DNA from: Dehalococcoidia bacterium
GTDB lineage: Bacteria > Chloroflexota > Dehalococcoidia > UBA2979
Assembly (NCBI GenBank): GCA_964291495.2
Contig: OZ219872.1
Coordinates: 869,358-933,357, forward strand
Length of the DNA: 64,000 nucleotides
Direction: 5' to 3'
Positions 63,304 through 64,000 of the stretch are shown piece by piece. The position numbers and the translations under genes are program-made. The notes beneath the pieces are model-generated. The model was not told the DNA's origin and did no database searches. It saw only the letters and a list, made by a program, of their open reading frames with translations. Position 1 is the first letter of the stretch. Each line of letters begins with the position of its first letter.

Positions 63304-64000
63304 TCAGCCACCGATGTACGACATCTCGATGCGCGGGAGCTCCTCGGTGTCCGCCGAGCGGATCTCCGAGTAGCGGTCCTCGCGCTCGCGCCAGACGCCG
63401 CCCAGCAGCGCCGCCAGCGCCGCGTCGTCCCGCGCCCTCGCGCAGCGGCGCGCGCAGGTCCGTGCCGGCGACGGCGAAGAGGCAGGGTGTAGAGGCTGCC
63501 GTCGGCGGAGATGCGCGCGCGCGTGCAATCGCCGCAGAACGGGGCGGAGACCGAGGTGATGAAACCGATCTCACCCTCGCCGTCGCGGTAGCGCCAGCGT
63601 TTCGCGACCTCGCCGCGGTACGAGGGGTCGACGGGCTCGATCGGCAGCGCGGCGTCGATCCGCTCGACCAGCTCGCGCGCCGGCACCACGTCGTCGAGCC
63701 GCCAGCCGTTGGTGACGCCGACGTCCATGTACTCGATGAAGCGCAGCACCGCGCCCGTGCCCTTGAAGCGCCGCGCGAGCTCGGCGACGCCCGCGTCGTT
63801 GACCCCGCGCTTGACCACGGCGTTGACCTTGACCGGCGCGAGCCCGGCGGCCTCGGCCGCGTCGATGCCCTCGAGGACCAGCGCGACCGGGAAGTCGGCG
63901 TCGTTCATCGCGCGGAAGGTGGCGTCGTCGAGCGTGTCGAGGGAGACCGTGACGCGGTCCAGCCCGGCCTCGGCGAGCGGGCCGGCGAGCGTGGTGAGGC
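63304..64000 (-). CDS. moaA: GTP 3',8-cyclase MoaA, 5' part beyond the window (apparent 1-nt insertions at ~63486 and ~63430)
   Basis: VKVNAVVKRGVND, RFIEYMDVG, FCGDCTRAR, YTCLF, C-terminal MSYIGG. Confidence 0.93.

Noticed and set aside
61171-63487. Cluster of frameshifts in DUF192, the hypothetical gene, moaC (x2) and moaA (x2) read as Moco pathway decay or phase variation
   Set aside because: The localisable ones are single-base indels in short G/C runs, with no nonsense codons or motif erosion, and they concentrate at one end of the window; this fits low-quality consensus.

Overview
High-GC bacterial chromosomal window with about 55 CDS. I saw no rRNA, tRNA, CRISPR array, prophage or transposase. 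The gene mix (LLM/F420-type oxidoreductases, SnoaL/NTF2 proteins, paired CaiB CoA-transferases, Pro/Thr-stalked lipoproteins, a LuxR-TM-LRR fusion) suggests Chloroflexota (Dehalococcoidia/SAR202-like, possibly host-associated); this is inference only. Recognisable modules: sir-cysD-cysN-cysC, a PhoB/PhoR-like two-component pair, an AAA+/VWA pair, DUF1538x2-PII-CBS, recF, a complete nurA-herA-sbcD-sbcC operon, menG/ubiE, a truncated globin, purU, a DEAD-box helicase and moaA-moaC. Main finding: a 102-codon minus-strand ORF (21604-21912), only partly captured by the ORF track, with two in-frame TGA codons, each at a Cys-like position and each followed by a SECIS-like hairpin. It is a candidate di-selenoprotein ending a SnoaL-SnoaL-LLM operon. 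Also notable: seven intergenic mosaics built from shared palindromic repeat modules, many apparently leaderless genes (including a uORF coupled to the DEAD-box helicase), a membrane-anchored AT-hook/LuxR-LRR regulator and a stand-alone DosS-like GAF protein. Several single-base frameshifts in short G/C runs are probably assembly errors.
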